Shown: positions 44,915 through 55,267 of the stretch, in pieces
Layout of the letters: every line of letters starts with the position of its first letter
Position numbering within the stretch: position 1 is the first letter of the stretch
Assembly: GCA_050747865.1 (NCBI GenBank)
Contig: JBOGJI010000235.1
Span: 1 to 55,267, forward strand
Source of the DNA: Thermoanaerobaculia bacterium
GTDB taxonomy: Bacteria; Acidobacteriota; Thermoanaerobaculia; Multivoradales; JAHEKO01
Direction: 5' to 3'
DNA length: 55,267 nt
The notes under the pieces: generated by a model
Seen by the model: only the letters and a program-made list of their open reading frames with translations
What the model was told of the DNA's origin: nothing
The model's database searches: none
Program-made: the position numbers and the translations under genes

Positions 44915-46123
44915 CTATTCCGTCGTGAGGATGATCACCGCACGGCGGTTCTCGGCCCGGCCTTCCGACGTGTCGTTGCCGGTCACCGGCTCCTGATCGG
45001 CGCGGCCCTCGGTGGTGATGCGCGCGGGATCGATGCCGTGGCGGGTGACCAGGTAGTCGCTGACCGCCTGGGCGCGCTGCTCGGACATCGCCTGGTTGCC
45101 CTCGGGCGAGCCCGAGGAGTCGGTGTAGCCGATGATCTGCGTATCCAGCTCAGCATCGTCCTGCATCTGCAGCGCCACCTCGTCGAGCTTGGCCTGGCAG
45201 ATGTTGTCGACCCGGGCGCTGCCGGAGGCGAAGTGACACGTCTCGCGGATCTCCCTCGGGGCCTCGGGCGCCGGCGGTGGAGGCGGAGGCGGCGGTGTCG
45301 GTGCCGGCGGTGTCGGTGCCGGCGGCGGCGGCGGCGGCGGCAGCGACACCGGCTGGCCGCACAGCGGACCGTTGTCGCGGCCGAAGCGGTAGGCGAAGCC
45401 GGCGTTCAAGAGGAACGGGTCGATGTCCACGTCCAGCCCGGAGACCGAGTCGGACTCGAGCGAGATGCCGTTCAGGTAGCGGACGTTGGCGTTGAAGGCC
45501 CAACCGCCGCTCGCCGGCACGTCCAGCCCGAGCTGGGCACCGAAGCCGATGTCGTCTCCGAAGTCGCTGTCGAAGTCGCCGAGCGAGCCGCCCATGGAGT
45601 AGGTCGTCTCGCCGGCCCGAGCCCACCCGATGAGCGGGCCGAGGTAGAAGTCGACCGGGCTCTTGGGGCTGACGTGGAAGTTGAGGGCGAGGGCGAGGAC
45701 ATCGAGGTCGATCTCCTCGTCCGCCATCAGCCACTCGAAGTTCGAGTCGAACATCAGGTGGCTGTCCACCTGGTAGCGGGCGATCGACGGTTCGAGGCCG
45801 AGCAGGCAGGACAGGCGCCACTCGAACGACAGGCCGGCGCCGACGCCGTTGTCGACGCTGAGGTGCCAGCGTTCGAGCTCGTCAGCCGTCGAGTTGTCGA
45901 CGACGGCCTTCTCGCCGATCTGGGCGCGTCCGAGGAAGCCGCGCAGGATATAGCGCGGCTGCTGCACCACGCCGCTCCAGTCGTAGCCTTCGGCGCCGTA
46001 CTCGAGCTCGCCGGTCTCCATCGGCTCTTCCATGGACTCTTCCATGGGTTCTTCTTCCTGTGCCACGCCGACGACCGGTACCAGGAGCAACAGCAGGGCG
46101 ATCAGAATCCATCTCTGTTTCAT
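44915..46123 (-). CDS. OmpA-family outer-membrane protein (beta-barrel, Pro-rich linker, OmpA_C domain)
   Basis: Start MKQRWILIALLLLLVPVVGVAQ at 46123. Linker PPPPPPPAPTPPAPTPPPPPPPPAP. OmpA_C motifs GYTDSSG...NQAMSEQRA...NRRAVI. Confidence 0.85.
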   Translation of the reverse strand: MKQRWILIALLLLLVPVVGVAQEEEPMEESMEEPMETGELEYGAEGYDWSGVVQQPRYILRGFLGRAQIGEKAVVDNSTADELERWHLSVDNGVGAGLSFEWRLSCLLGLEPSIARYQVDSHLMFDSNFEWLMADEEIDLDVLALALNFHVSPKSPVDFYLGPLIGWARAGETTYSMGGSLGDFDSDFGDDIGFGAQLGLDVPASGGWAFNANVRYLNGISLESDSVSGLDVDIDPFLLNAGFAYRFGRDNGPLCGQPVSLPPPPPPPAPTPPAPTPPPPPPPPAPEAPREIRETCHFASGSARVDNICQAKLDEVALQMQDDAELDTQIIGYTDSSGSPEGNQAMSEQRAQAVSDYLVTRHGIDPARITTEGRADQEPVTGNDTSEGRAENRRAVIILTTE

Positions 46124-46234
46124 GGCGTCTCCTCCCCTCGGCTCGAACCGTTTACCCTCCCCGGGAAATCCTAGCACGGAACGATATTTCGGGCACTATG
46201 CAGGAAAGTTTCCCGGACGATCTTCTTGCCTCCC

Positions 46235-47491
46235 TCAGTGGTACGACTTCACAGACAGATGCGCCTCCAGACCCCCTTCCTCGTGCAATGCATGCGCAAC
46301 GATACCCGCCAGGAAGAAGGTGTGGTTTTTCAACCGTACAGAGGATTCAAAGCCTATGCCAAGATCGGGTATGTACTCGTCGAAGTCGCCGTAGACGTCG
46401 TCATCGAAGCCGATCGTGCCCACGCCACCGTAGAGCACCCAATACCAGTCCTGCCAGGTCAGCCCGAGCGCGCGGCGGTCGGCGTCGAGAAACCAGGGGG
46501 TGAAGAACTCCCAGGTGCTGTGGATCTCCTCGGTGCCGCGGAAACGGCCGTCGAGGCCCCTCAGCCGGTCCCGGCCGTCGAGCGAGAAGAACTCCGGGCG
46601 CGGGATGTTGAACTCCTCGAACGGCTCGAGGTCCGGCGGCGGTTGCCCGTCGTGCTCCTCGGGGCGGCTGTAGAGGAAGTTCCCGGCGTGCAGCCGGCCG
46701 ATGAGGAACGTGCGCCGCGAGGTCTCGAACCGCTTCACCATCTCCAGCTCGCTCTTGACGTAGCGGAACTCGCCGCCCAGGCCGTCGAAGGCGTAGGTCA
46801 GGGCCCCGGTGAGCCCGAAAGCGCCGGGGCCGATCTTCTGGTAGGCGGTGAACAGCTCCTCGGAGAAGGCGCGGGACTCGCCGACGATGGCGTTCGAGCG
46901 GCGGTCGTTGGGGGTGCCGATCTGGTGTCCGAGCCGGACATAGGTGTTGGTGCGGTTGGTGCTGAAACGGAACGATTCGGCGTTCGAGGTGTAGCGGTCG
47001 AGCTCGGCGAGCAGGAAGGTGCGGCTGTGCAGGCTGTGGGGCCACTGCAGCAGCAGCAGACCGCCGCGCGTGCGCGTGAAGTCGTTGGAGCGCCGCTCCA
47101 GGTTCGGGAACTCGATGGCGTCGAACACGCCGATCTGGTAGATCGTGGAGTAGCCGTAATAGCGGTAACGCAAGAAGGCGGAGATGTCGCCGTCCACGAA
47201 ATCGTACTTCACCTGTCCCTGGTAGAAGGCGTTCTTGATCAGCGTCTGGAGCTTGAGGTCCATCTGCCCTTCGGGGAAGTAGAAATCGACTGAGGGCAGC
47301 AGCGGCTCGTCGTCCCGCTCCTCGGCGGGCTCCTCGCTCGCCGGTGACGTCTCTTCCTCGCCGGACGAGGCCCCGGGGTCGGCCGGCCGCTGCGGATCCG
47401 CCGCCGGAGACCGCTCCTGCGCCGCGCCGAACGAGCCGGAGACGGCGAGGAGGATCAGCAGCAGACCGATCGTCGGGCCGGGGAGGCGCAT
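46235..47491 (-). CDS. secreted/outer-membrane protein of unknown function
   Basis: Start MRLPGPTIGLLLILLAVSGSFGAAQ at 47491 in ORF 46235..47944. Acidic linker followed by an aromatic-rich, beta-strand-like sequence. Confidence 0.6.
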   Translation of the reverse strand: MRLPGPTIGLLLILLAVSGSFGAAQERSPAADPQRPADPGASSGEEETSPASEEPAEERDDEPLLPSVDFYFPEGQMDLKLQTLIKNAFYQGQVKYDFVDGDISAFLRYRYYGYSTIYQIGVFDAIEFPNLERRSNDFTRTRGGLLLLQWPHSLHSRTFLLAELDRYTSNAESFRFSTNRTNTYVRLGHQIGTPNDRRSNAIVGESRAFSEELFTAYQKIGPGAFGLTGALTYAFDGLGGEFRYVKSELEMVKRFETSRRTFLIGRLHAGNFLYSRPEEHDGQPPPDLEPFEEFNIPRPEFFSLDGRDRLRGLDGRFRGTEEIHSTWEFFTPWFLDADRRALGLTWQDWYWVLYGGVGTIGFDDDVYGDFDEYIPDLGIGFESSVRLKNHTFFLAGIVAHALHEEGGLEAHLSVKSYH

Positions 47492-47531
47492 GGACGAGAG
47501 ATTGTAGTTCTCCGCGGAGCCGGGAGGCACG

Positions 47532-47556
47532 AAAAAGGGGGCCGAAGCCCCCTTTG
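47532..47556 (-). terminator. rho-independent terminator after the TPR gene
   Basis: Minus-strand reading is GGGGGC-TTCG-GCCCCC followed by TTTTT, about 30 nt past the stop at 47584. Confidence 0.7.
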
Positions 47557-47583
47557 GATCCCGGTTCTGGATGGTTGGAGCGC

Positions 47584-48819
47584 CTAGCGACGATCCGGCC
47601 GGCGGCCGCCGGGAAGCTCTTCGAGCTCGCGCTTGATGCGCTCCTCCTCCTGCTGGCGAGCCTCGGCGTCCGCGTTCTCCTGCTCGACTTGCTGGTTGTA
47701 TTCGGCGGTCTCCTGGTTCTGCTGCACGCGGCTCACCGCCCCGGAGTCCCCGGCTTGCTGATAGGCCTGGATCGCCTCCTCGAAGTTGTCCTGCTTCTCG
47801 TGGACGAAGCCTAGCTGGCGCCAGACCATGCGCTGCGCGTCGCTGCTCGAAGCCCGGCTCTTGGCCTGCTCCAGGGCGGCGATGGCGTTCGAATATTGCC
47901 CCTCCATGGTGTAGGCCTGACCCAGGTAGAAGTGGGGCTCCCAACCGGCGCCGCTCTGCTGCGTCGCCTGCCTGAACGTGTTGACGGCGGCGCCGTAGTC
48001 CTTGGCGCCGAGCTGGGCGCCGCCCAGCTTCATCGTGCTGTCGTAGCCCGGCGCCACCGCGACGAGCTGCTGCGCCGGCGCGATCGCCTTGCGGTAGGCG
48101 GCGGCGCCCGCGTCCCCGGACTTCTGGGCACCCTCCATGAAGAGGGCCTGGACGTACGCCTTGAGGTACGTCGGGTTGTCGCCGTCAAGCTCGACGGCCT
48201 TGCCGAGGGCGACGATGGAGGCGCCGAGCTCGCCGGCGTTCTGGGCCGCGGCGCCGTAGGCGAACTGCGCCTTGGCGTCGCTGGGGTTGGCCTGGGTGGC
48301 CTGCCGCAGCGGCGCCAGCGCCGCCGCGCCCTGGCCGCTGTCGGCCAGCGCCTTGGCCAGGAGCTGGTTGTACGCGCCCTGAGCGCTCGCCGGCAGCGAA
48401 GAGGGGGCGATCCGCTGCAGCAGCGCCGCGGCGTCCGCCGCGCGACCGTTCTCGAGGTAGGCCTGCGCCAAGTTGATCTGGACCTGCGCCTGGTTCGGAT
48501 CGAGGTCGTAGGCCTTGCGCAGGCTGTTCAGGCCCTCGCTGCTGCGGCCCAGCTTGAGCAGGGACATGCCGAGCAGCCAGTGGCCCTGCCACGCGTTGGG
48601 CGCCCCCTCGATGTAGCCGCTCACCTCGTCGACGGCGGCCTGGTAGTTGCCCGCCTGGAAGGCTGCGAACGCCGTGTTGAAGTCGGCGGCCCAGGCGGAG
48701 CCGGCGAAGGCAAGCACTGTCAGCACGGCGAATATCGGGCCCCGCAGGCGCGTGAAGCGCGCGGCCGCGAAGCGGCCCCGAGCGAAGCGAGGCTGTGGGC
48801 TGGTGATTTGGCGTTTCAT
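47584..48819 (-). CDS. tetratricopeptide (TPR) repeat protein, exported
   Basis: 411 aa with a signal-like N-terminus. Repeated A..Y/A..A TPR pattern and a charged coiled C-terminus. Confidence 0.75.
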   Translation of the reverse strand: MKRQITSPQPRFARGRFAAARFTRLRGPIFAVLTVLAFAGSAWAADFNTAFAAFQAGNYQAAVDEVSGYIEGAPNAWQGHWLLGMSLLKLGRSSEGLNSLRKAYDLDPNQAQVQINLAQAYLENGRAADAAALLQRIAPSSLPASAQGAYNQLLAKALADSGQGAAALAPLRQATQANPSDAKAQFAYGAAAQNAGELGASIVALGKAVELDGDNPTYLKAYVQALFMEGAQKSGDAGAAAYRKAIAPAQQLVAVAPGYDSTMKLGGAQLGAKDYGAAVNTFRQATQQSGAGWEPHFYLGQAYTMEGQYSNAIAALEQAKSRASSSDAQRMVWRQLGFVHEKQDNFEEAIQAYQQAGDSGAVSRVQQNQETAEYNQQVEQENADAEARQQEEERIKRELEELPGGRRPDRR

Positions 48820-48943
48820 GGTCGGTTCACTCCTCCCAGAGAGATTCCGTAGTCACTGCGTCCACGTCTGAGGGACAGCAAGCGACGTGCCAGAGACCCC
48901 CGCCCGGGGACCTCCGGCGTGGACGCCTCTGCCGATGGGACGG

Positions 48944-49675
48944 TCAGTTCAGCTGGAAGTTCACCGTCAGCGTGTAGTAGACGTCCACCGGCTTGCCGTG
49001 CAAGGTGGCCGGCTCGAACCGCCACCGCTTGACGGCGTCCACCGCCGACTGGTCGAGCCCCATGGGCAGGCCCTTCAAGATCTTGACGTTTTCGACCACC
49101 CCTTCCTTGTTCACGATGGCCTGCACGATGACCACCCCTTCGATGCGGGCGCGGCGGGCGATCTCGGTGTAGGTCGGCTCGGCCCCCGAGAGCTTCACCG
49201 GTGCCTGGACGTCGCCGCCCACCATGATCGGGCCCTGCGGCTCGGCCGGCGGCGCGTCCGGCATGCCGAATATGAGATCGGTGTCGGGCAGGTCGATCTC
49301 GGGCTGGAGCTCCTCGGGGTCGACGATCGGTTCCGGCTCGTCCGGCGTCGGGTCCGGGATCGGCACCTTCTTGGTCTTCGGCGGCGGGATCTCCTGCTCC
49401 TGTGGCGGCGGCGGCGGCTGGAAGCGCACCTGCTGCACGACGTAGACCTTCTTCTCCTGCTCGATCTCGCGGCCGATCGTCGGCAGCGCCCCGAAAACCC
49501 ACCAGAAGCCCGCCACGGCCAGATGTAGCGCCACGGCGGCGGCGATGGCCACTTTGCGAATCCGCCGCTCCTCCGCCTCCTCGCGAGCGAAGTCACCCCA
49601 TTCCCCGAGGGCGAACTCGTCGTCGCCGGCGTTGGAGGACTGCTGCTGGAGCGTCTCGTCGTCTCGCTTAGCCAT
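48944..49675 (-). CDS. tonB: energy transducer TonB
   Basis: 243 aa. TM anchor, Pro-rich spacer (PPPPPPQEQEIPPPKTKKVPIPDPTPDEPEP) and a TonB_C domain (EGVVIVQAIVNKEGVVENVKILKG...AVKRWRFEPA). Confidence 0.9.
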   Translation of the reverse strand: MAKRDDETLQQQSSNAGDDEFALGEWGDFAREEAEERRIRKVAIAAAVALHLAVAGFWWVFGALPTIGREIEQEKKVYVVQQVRFQPPPPPQEQEIPPPKTKKVPIPDPTPDEPEPIVDPEELQPEIDLPDTDLIFGMPDAPPAEPQGPIMVGGDVQAPVKLSGAEPTYTEIARRARIEGVVIVQAIVNKEGVVENVKILKGLPMGLDQSAVDAVKRWRFEPATLHGKPVDVYYTLTVNFQLN

Positions 49676-49687
49676 GACCGGTCTCCA

Positions 49688-50125
49688 TTAGAACCAGAAC
49701 TGGTCGATCTCGCGCTGCGTGGGCAGGTTGATGTTCTTCACCTCGATGCCGATCTTCTCCTTGCCCTGGCGCAGCTCGTCGAACACGGCGACCATGGCGC
49801 CGTAGGGCGACGCGGGAGTCGGCCGGATGATCACCGGCTTCAACGGATTGCGCGCCAGCTTGGGCTTCAGGTAGTCGAGGATGTCCTGGAGCTGCATCGG
49901 CTGCTGATCCACCAGATAGGACCCGTTCTGCTGGATCTCGATCAGCGTCGACTCCTCCTTCTCGACGATCGGCGGCTTGTCCTCCTCCTTGGGCAGGGCG
50001 AAGTCGAGACCCTGGGTGGCGGCGAAGGTGGTGGTCACCATGAAGTAGATGATGAGCAGGAAGGCGATGTCGGCCATCGACGAGGTGGGGATCTCGTCCG
50101 ACGGCTTCTCACGTCTGAATTTCAT
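49688..50125 (-). CDS. exbD: biopolymer transport protein ExbD/TolR
   Basis: 145 aa with the SSMADIAFLLIIYFMVTT motif. Confidence 0.85.
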   Translation of the reverse strand: MKFRREKPSDEIPTSSMADIAFLLIIYFMVTTTFAATQGLDFALPKEEDKPPIVEKEESTLIEIQQNGSYLVDQQPMQLQDILDYLKPKLARNPLKPVIIRPTPASPYGAMVAVFDELRQGKEKIGIEVKNINLPTQREIDQFWF

Positions 50126-50138
50126 GATCGCGACTCCT

Positions 50139-50570
50139 TTACGACTGCTCGTCCACGGTCTCGGCGTCCGACAACAGGTAGATCACCCTGGCTCGGGACT
50201 GCTTCAGCGCGTCGATGACCTCGTCCACGTAGCGGTACGGGACCTCCGTGTCCGCCTTGAGCACGAACTCCTTGTCCGGGTTCTGCGCCACCACCGAAGT
50301 GGCGAACGACAGCACCTCGGCGGGACCGGAGACGGGGACGCTGGTCTCCTCTCCGCTGGAGACGCGGATCTGCCCGTTCTCCGTGATCGAGATGTACGCG
50401 GATCGGCGCTCGGGCTCCGAACGGATGACGCTGGCGGGCAGCTGGACCTGGGTCTTGTCCACCTCGATGTTGAGCGTCAGGAGGAAGAAGATGATGAGCA
50501 GGAAGGCGATGTCCGCCATCGAGGCGGTCGGGATCATGAAGTTCTGCGTCGAGCGTACGCGCAGTCTCAT
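50139..50570 (-). CDS. exbD: biopolymer transport protein ExbD/TolR (second copy)
   Basis: 143 aa with the ASMADIAFLLIIFFLLT motif. Confidence 0.85.
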   Translation of the reverse strand: MRLRVRSTQNFMIPTASMADIAFLLIIFFLLTLNIEVDKTQVQLPASVIRSEPERRSAYISITENGQIRVSSGEETSVPVSGPAEVLSFATSVVAQNPDKEFVLKADTEVPYRYVDEVIDALKQSRARVIYLLSDAETVDEQS

Positions 50571-50620
50571 GGCTTACCTCCTCGTCTCCTTCCGTTGCGG
50601 CTCCAACGGAGTCATCGTCG

Positions 50621-51319
50621 TCAGGTGCGCGCCGGCGCCGAGACGCCCGCGCCGGCGGCCGCCGCGGCCTCGGGCCGCACGCCGCTGCGCTCCAGCTCGC
50701 CGAAGGTCTCGAGCAGCATGTTGGTCGAGGTCTCGATGTCGCGCACGAACTTGTTGATGCGGCTCATGAAGTAGTTGTAGAAGAGCTGCGTCGGGATGGC
50801 GATCGCCAGACCGGCGGCGGTGGTGATCAGGGCCTCGGAGATACCGACCGCCACCGCGGCGGGGTTGGAGAGGCCCTCTCGCGCCAGCGCGTCGAACGAC
50901 CGGATCATGCCGGTGACGGTGCCGAAGAAGCCGAGCAACGGCGCCACGTTGGCGACGGTGGCGAGAACCACCAGTCCCCGCTCCAGACGGCCCATCTCGA
51001 ACAGCGCCGCGTTCTCGATGGTCTTCTCGACGTCCTCCTTGGGGGCGCCGTACTTCAAGAGCCCCGCCTTGACGATCGAGGCCACGGGCCCGCGATACTG
51101 CTCGCAGACCTTGACCGCGTCGCGAATCGACTTGTTGACGATCAGCGCCTTGCGCAGCTTGGCGAGGAACTCGTTGACGTTGATCCTGGCCCGGCGCAGG
51201 TTCCACCAGCGCTCGATGATGAAGACGACAGCGACGACTGAGAACGCGAGAAGGAACCACATCACGTAGGGGGCCTGCATGGCCCCGCCTTTCTGCATGA
51301 ATTCCCAGAAAGCAGTCAC
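50621..51319 (-). CDS. exbB: MotA/TolQ/ExbB proton channel
   Basis: 232 aa. APLLGFFGTVTGMI and EALITTAAGLAIAIP motifs. GTG start with SD AGAGGAGAGG. Confidence 0.9.
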   Translation of the reverse strand: MTAFWEFMQKGGAMQAPYVMWFLLAFSVVAVVFIIERWWNLRRARINVNEFLAKLRKALIVNKSIRDAVKVCEQYRGPVASIVKAGLLKYGAPKEDVEKTIENAALFEMGRLERGLVVLATVANVAPLLGFFGTVTGMIRSFDALAREGLSNPAAVAVGISEALITTAAGLAIAIPTQLFYNYFMSRINKFVRDIETSTNMLLETFGELERSGVRPEAAAAAGAGVSAPART

Positions 51320-51555
51320 TATTCCTCTCCTCTTGCTCCATTGACCCGCGACGTGCGGATCCGGTTCCCGTTGTCTGGTGCCGGGCGCCTGGCGTCCAGC
51401 CGGCGTCGCGGCACCGCCCCTCCGGTCACAAAATCCTCCTCACGCTGCCTACGGTCCAACGCCCCCGTCCCGCATGCCGGAATCCCCGCGAGGGGGGTCG
51501 GTGCCGCGGGGACGTCGGGGGAAGGGAGCACGTTAGCATGGGCGCGAAAACAGGG

Positions 51556-52077
51556 TCAAGAACGGCCGTCCCGGCGGCTGCCCGCGACCGCGCCCGCCAG
51601 GCGGTCGAGCCTGTAGCGATGGGCGGCGCAGATCGCAACGGCGAGAGCGTCGGTGGTGTCGGCGGACAGCGTCGGGTCATTCAGGTCGAGCAGCATCTGC
51701 ACCATGCGTGCCACTTGTCGCTTGTCGGCGCGGCCGTTGCCGGTGACCGCGGTCTTGACCTGCGCGGGGGCGTATTCGACGACCGGCACGCCGCGGCCGG
51801 CCAGCGTGGCGAGCAGCACGCCCCGGGCCTGTGCCAGCACGATCAGGGAGCGGCTGTTCGATCCGTGGAACGGGCTCTCCAGGGCGGCGATGTCCGGTCG
51901 GGCGGCCGCGACGACGGCCGCCAGCCCGTCGGCGAGCCGCGCGAGACGGTCCGCCAACGGCAGACCCGAGGGGGAGCGGAGGCAGCCGCGGTCGGTCGCG
52001 CGCAGGCGGTCGCCTTGCTGCTCGACCAGGCCGTAGCCGGTGTTTCGACTGCCGGGATCGATGCCCAGGAAGAGCAC
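51556..52077 (-). CDS. ruvC: crossover junction endodeoxyribonuclease RuvC
   Basis: 173 aa. LGIDPGSRNTGYG, LESPFHG and DALAVAICAAH motifs. Confidence 0.9.
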   Translation of the reverse strand: MLFLGIDPGSRNTGYGLVEQQGDRLRATDRGCLRSPSGLPLADRLARLADGLAAVVAAARPDIAALESPFHGSNSRSLIVLAQARGVLLATLAGRGVPVVEYAPAQVKTAVTGNGRADKRQVARMVQMLLDLNDPTLSADTTDALAVAICAAHRYRLDRLAGAVAGSRRDGRS

Positions 52078-52133
52078 GATCTCAGGGCCCGCCGGCCCGT
52101 CCGCGGGCCTCGCGGGGTCGCGGCCCGCGGGGT

Positions 52134-52883
52134 TCAGGCCCGCTCACTCGCCATGGCCTCCTCGTCGATCTCCAGGTTGGCCCAGACGTGCTGCACGTCG
52201 TCGTGCTCCTCGAGCGCATCCAGCAGCCGCAGGGCCTGGTTGGCGGCGTCGGCCTCGGGCTCGACCTGGGCCTTGGGATTCATGGCCAGCTGGCGGGAGA
52301 GGGGAGCGAGGCCATGCGCCTCCAGCCGCTCGAGCACGGCGTGGAAGGCGTCCGCGGGCGTATAGAGCTCGTAGGCCTCACCGTCGGTCGACAGGTCCTC
52401 CACCCCGAGCTCGAGAGCCAGCTCGACCAGGCGCTCCTCGTCGACCGCCGCGCGGTCGAGGACGATCTCGCCGCGCCTCTCGAACTGCCAGGCCACCGCT
52501 CCGGCCGCGGCCAGGCTGCCGCCGTGGCGCGAGAAGATGTGGCGCATCTCGGAGACCGTCCGATTGCGGTTGTCGGTCACCGTCTCAACGAGCACGGCGA
52601 CGCCGCCCGGGGCGTACCCCTCGAACACCGCCTCCTCGTATTGCATCCCCTCGAGCTCGCCGGTGCCGCGCTGGACCGCGCGGTCGATGTTGTCGTTGGG
52701 GACGTTGTTCGCCTTGGCCTCGTCGATCGCCGAGCGCAGCCGCGGGTTGCTCGCGGGATCACCGCTTCCGAGCCGCGCTGCCACCGTGATCTCCTTCAGG
52801 ATCTTGGTCCACAGTTGGCCCCGCCGGGCGTCGGTGACGGCCTTCTTGCGCTTGATCTGTGCCCACTTGCTGTGTCCGGACAT
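52134..52883 (-). CDS. yebC: YebC/PmpR-family transcriptional regulator
   Basis: Start MSGHSKWAQIKRKK at 52883 in ORF 52134..52919. Confidence 0.9.
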   Translation of the reverse strand: MSGHSKWAQIKRKKAVTDARRGQLWTKILKEITVAARLGSGDPASNPRLRSAIDEAKANNVPNDNIDRAVQRGTGELEGMQYEEAVFEGYAPGGVAVLVETVTDNRNRTVSEMRHIFSRHGGSLAAAGAVAWQFERRGEIVLDRAAVDEERLVELALELGVEDLSTDGEAYELYTPADAFHAVLERLEAHGLAPLSRQLAMNPKAQVEPEADAANQALRLLDALEEHDDVQHVWANLEIDEEAMASERA

Positions 52884-52972
52884 GATGATCGCTCCCGTAC
52901 GATCGCATTCTACCCGCACGACCCACGGGAGATTCTTTCACAGGCTCTAAGGTGTGGTAGAACCCCCGGCGG

Positions 52973-53815
<843 letters not shown>

Positions 53816-53854
53816 CCGCCGGCTCGGCTGCCGCCACTCCCGCGCCCGAACCGC

Positions 53855-55159
53855 ATGCCCCCCCCCGATCGTCTCGATCTCTTGCTGCGCCGTCTGGAGG
53901 AGCAGGGCATCCGCCTCGGGCTCGAGCCTCTGGCCGCGCTGCTGTCCGCGCTCGGCGGGCCCCAGGGCGGGCTCGTCGCCGTCCTCGTCGCCGGCACCAA
54001 CGGCAAGGGATCCACCTGCGCCCTGCTGGATTCCATGGCGCGCGCGGCCGGCTACCGGACGGGGCTCTACACCTCGCCGCATCTGGAGGGGGTCGAGGAG
54101 CGCATCCGGATCGGCGGTCGCCCGATCGAGCGGCACGACCTCAAGGGCCTGCTCGAGGAGGTGGTGGCGACGGCCGCCGACGGCGGGCTGGAGCTCCCGA
54201 CCTACTTCGAAGCCTTGACCGCCGCGGCCTTCCTGGCTTTCCGGCGCGCGGGCGTGGAGCTGGCGGTGTTGGAGGTCGGCCTGGGCGGCCGCCTGGACGC
54301 CACCAACCTTGCCCATCCGACTCTCTCCGTGGTCACCGGTATCGCCTACGACCACGAGGACGCCCTGGGCCGGACCCTGGCGCAGATCGCGCGCGAGAAG
54401 GCCGGCATCTTCCGCCGCGGGCGGCCGGCGCTCGCCTGGGGCGAGGACGCCGACGTGCGCCGAGAGCTGCTCGCCGTCGCGGCCGAGTGCGGAGCGAGCC
54501 TTGAGCTCGTGGACGAAACCGTCCAGGACCAGGAGACGACCGCAAACGGGGACAACGGGTTGAGCCTCCGGCTTCAGACCCCGGGCGACGAGTACCGGCT
54601 CGAGACGCCGCTTGCCGGGGCGCACCAGGCGCGGAACCTCGCCCTGGCGGTACGCGCCGCCGAGGTGCTGCGTGTCTCCGGCTTCGAGCGGCTGGACTCC
54701 GCGGCGATCCGCCGCGGCGCCGCGGCAGTGCGCTGGCCCGGGCGGCTGGAGCGCGCCGCGCTGCCGAGCGGCGTCTCGGTCCTTCTCGATGCCGCCCACA
54801 ACCCCTCGGGCGTCGCCGCCCTCACCACGCACCTGGATCTCCTCGGCCAGCCTTTCGACCTCCTCTTCGGCGTTCTGGCCGACAAGCGGGCCGACGCCAT
54901 GCTGCCGCCGCTCGCCGAGCGCGCGCGCCGCGTCACCCTCACCCGCCCGCCGGCGGCCGGAGCTCGCGACCCGGAAACGCTTCGCGCCCTGATCCGTTCG
55001 GGCATCGCGTTCGAGTGCGAGCCCGACCCCGCCAAGGCCCTCGACCGCGCACTGGCCGCCAGTCCGGACCTGCTCGTCTGCTGCGGCTCCATCTACCTCA
55101 TCGGTCCGCTACGAACGCTCCTGCGCGAGCGGCACGGCGCACCCTGGCCAACGCCTTGA
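53855..55159 (+). CDS. folC: folylpolyglutamate synthase / dihydrofolate synthase
   Basis: 434 aa with VAGTNGKGST P-loop and TSPHL motif. Follows accD, as in many bacteria. Confidence 0.85.
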   Translation: MPPPDRLDLLLRRLEEQGIRLGLEPLAALLSALGGPQGGLVAVLVAGTNGKGSTCALLDSMARAAGYRTGLYTSPHLEGVEERIRIGGRPIERHDLKGLLEEVVATAADGGLELPTYFEALTAAAFLAFRRAGVELAVLEVGLGGRLDATNLAHPTLSVVTGIAYDHEDALGRTLAQIAREKAGIFRRGRPALAWGEDADVRRELLAVAAECGASLELVDETVQDQETTANGDNGLSLRLQTPGDEYRLETPLAGAHQARNLALAVRAAEVLRVSGFERLDSAAIRRGAAAVRWPGRLERAALPSGVSVLLDAAHNPSGVAALTTHLDLLGQPFDLLFGVLADKRADAMLPPLAERARRVTLTRPPAAGARDPETLRALIRSGIAFECEPDPAKALDRALAASPDLLVCCGSIYLIGPLRTLLRERHGAPWPTP

Positions 55160-55186
55160 GCGCGAGCCGGTCTTTCGTGACCGGGG

Positions 55187-55267
55187 CTATGGACCGTATA
55201 GCGAGAGGCTGAAGGTCTTGGCGAGGAAGGCGGCCATCTGGTCGCGGCTCACCGGGTTGGCCGGGCA
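55187..55267 (-). CDS. 3' end of an unidentified gene entering from the window edge
   Basis: My minus-strand translation is CPANPVSRDQMAAFLAKTFSLSLYGP*, with the stop at 55187-55189. Too short to assign. Confidence 0.35.
   Translation of the reverse strand, partial: CPANPVSRDQMAAFLAKTFSLSLYGP

Noticed and set aside
45285-45350. Tandem ggtgtcggtgccggc repeat and a (gcg/ggc)n run.
   Set aside because: It encodes the Pro-rich PAPTPPAPTPPPPPPPP hinge of the OmpA-family protein, which is an ordinary low-complexity linker.

Overview
High-GC (about 70% by hand counts) bacterial chromosomal segment, densely coded on both strands. I found no rRNA, tRNA, CRISPR array, integrase, transposase, reverse transcriptase or recognisable phage-defence gene. 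Most of the window is ordinary core or periplasmic-envelope content. This comprises an Fe3+-type ABC importer coupled to a giant PIG-L deacetylase, an ArsR/SRPBCC pair, M23 peptidase, MFS pump, SGNH hydrolase, HDAC, TolB-like propeller, MocR, AI-2E permease, LysM/Fis/SLT, tatA, pgeF, ftsEX, OmpA, exbB-exbD-exbD-tonB-TPR, ruvC, yebC, accD and folC. Five accessory or unusual modules stand out. (1) A polymorphic-toxin-like gene with an overlapping small immunity-like ORF sits behind a near-consensus promoter, and G+C drops across the toxin C-terminus plus immunity gene (8.8-10.3 kb). (2) A TonB-dependent receptor is flanked by Cys/His-motif small proteins and a BNR lipoprotein carrying Cys/His motifs (12.7-17.0 kb). 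(3) Directly adjacent is a tract of decayed genes: an M1 peptidase remnant, a frameshifted ABC-2 permease and an ABC ATPase lacking Walker A (17.0-19.3 kb). (4) A molybdopterin oxidoreductase has no Tat signal, and its FeS and NrfD-type membrane subunits are fused (19.8-23.8 kb). (5) A lower-GC island carries an rpfG-rpfC / rpfF DSF quorum-sensing cluster in Xanthomonadales-type order, bounded by a truncated gene remnant (27.1-32.0 kb). None of these is demonstrably new from sequence alone. My best candidates for something undescribed are the unassignable toxin domain with no visible export route and the Cys/His-decorated TonB-receptor module. All family calls come from motif recognition and memory; no database search was possible.
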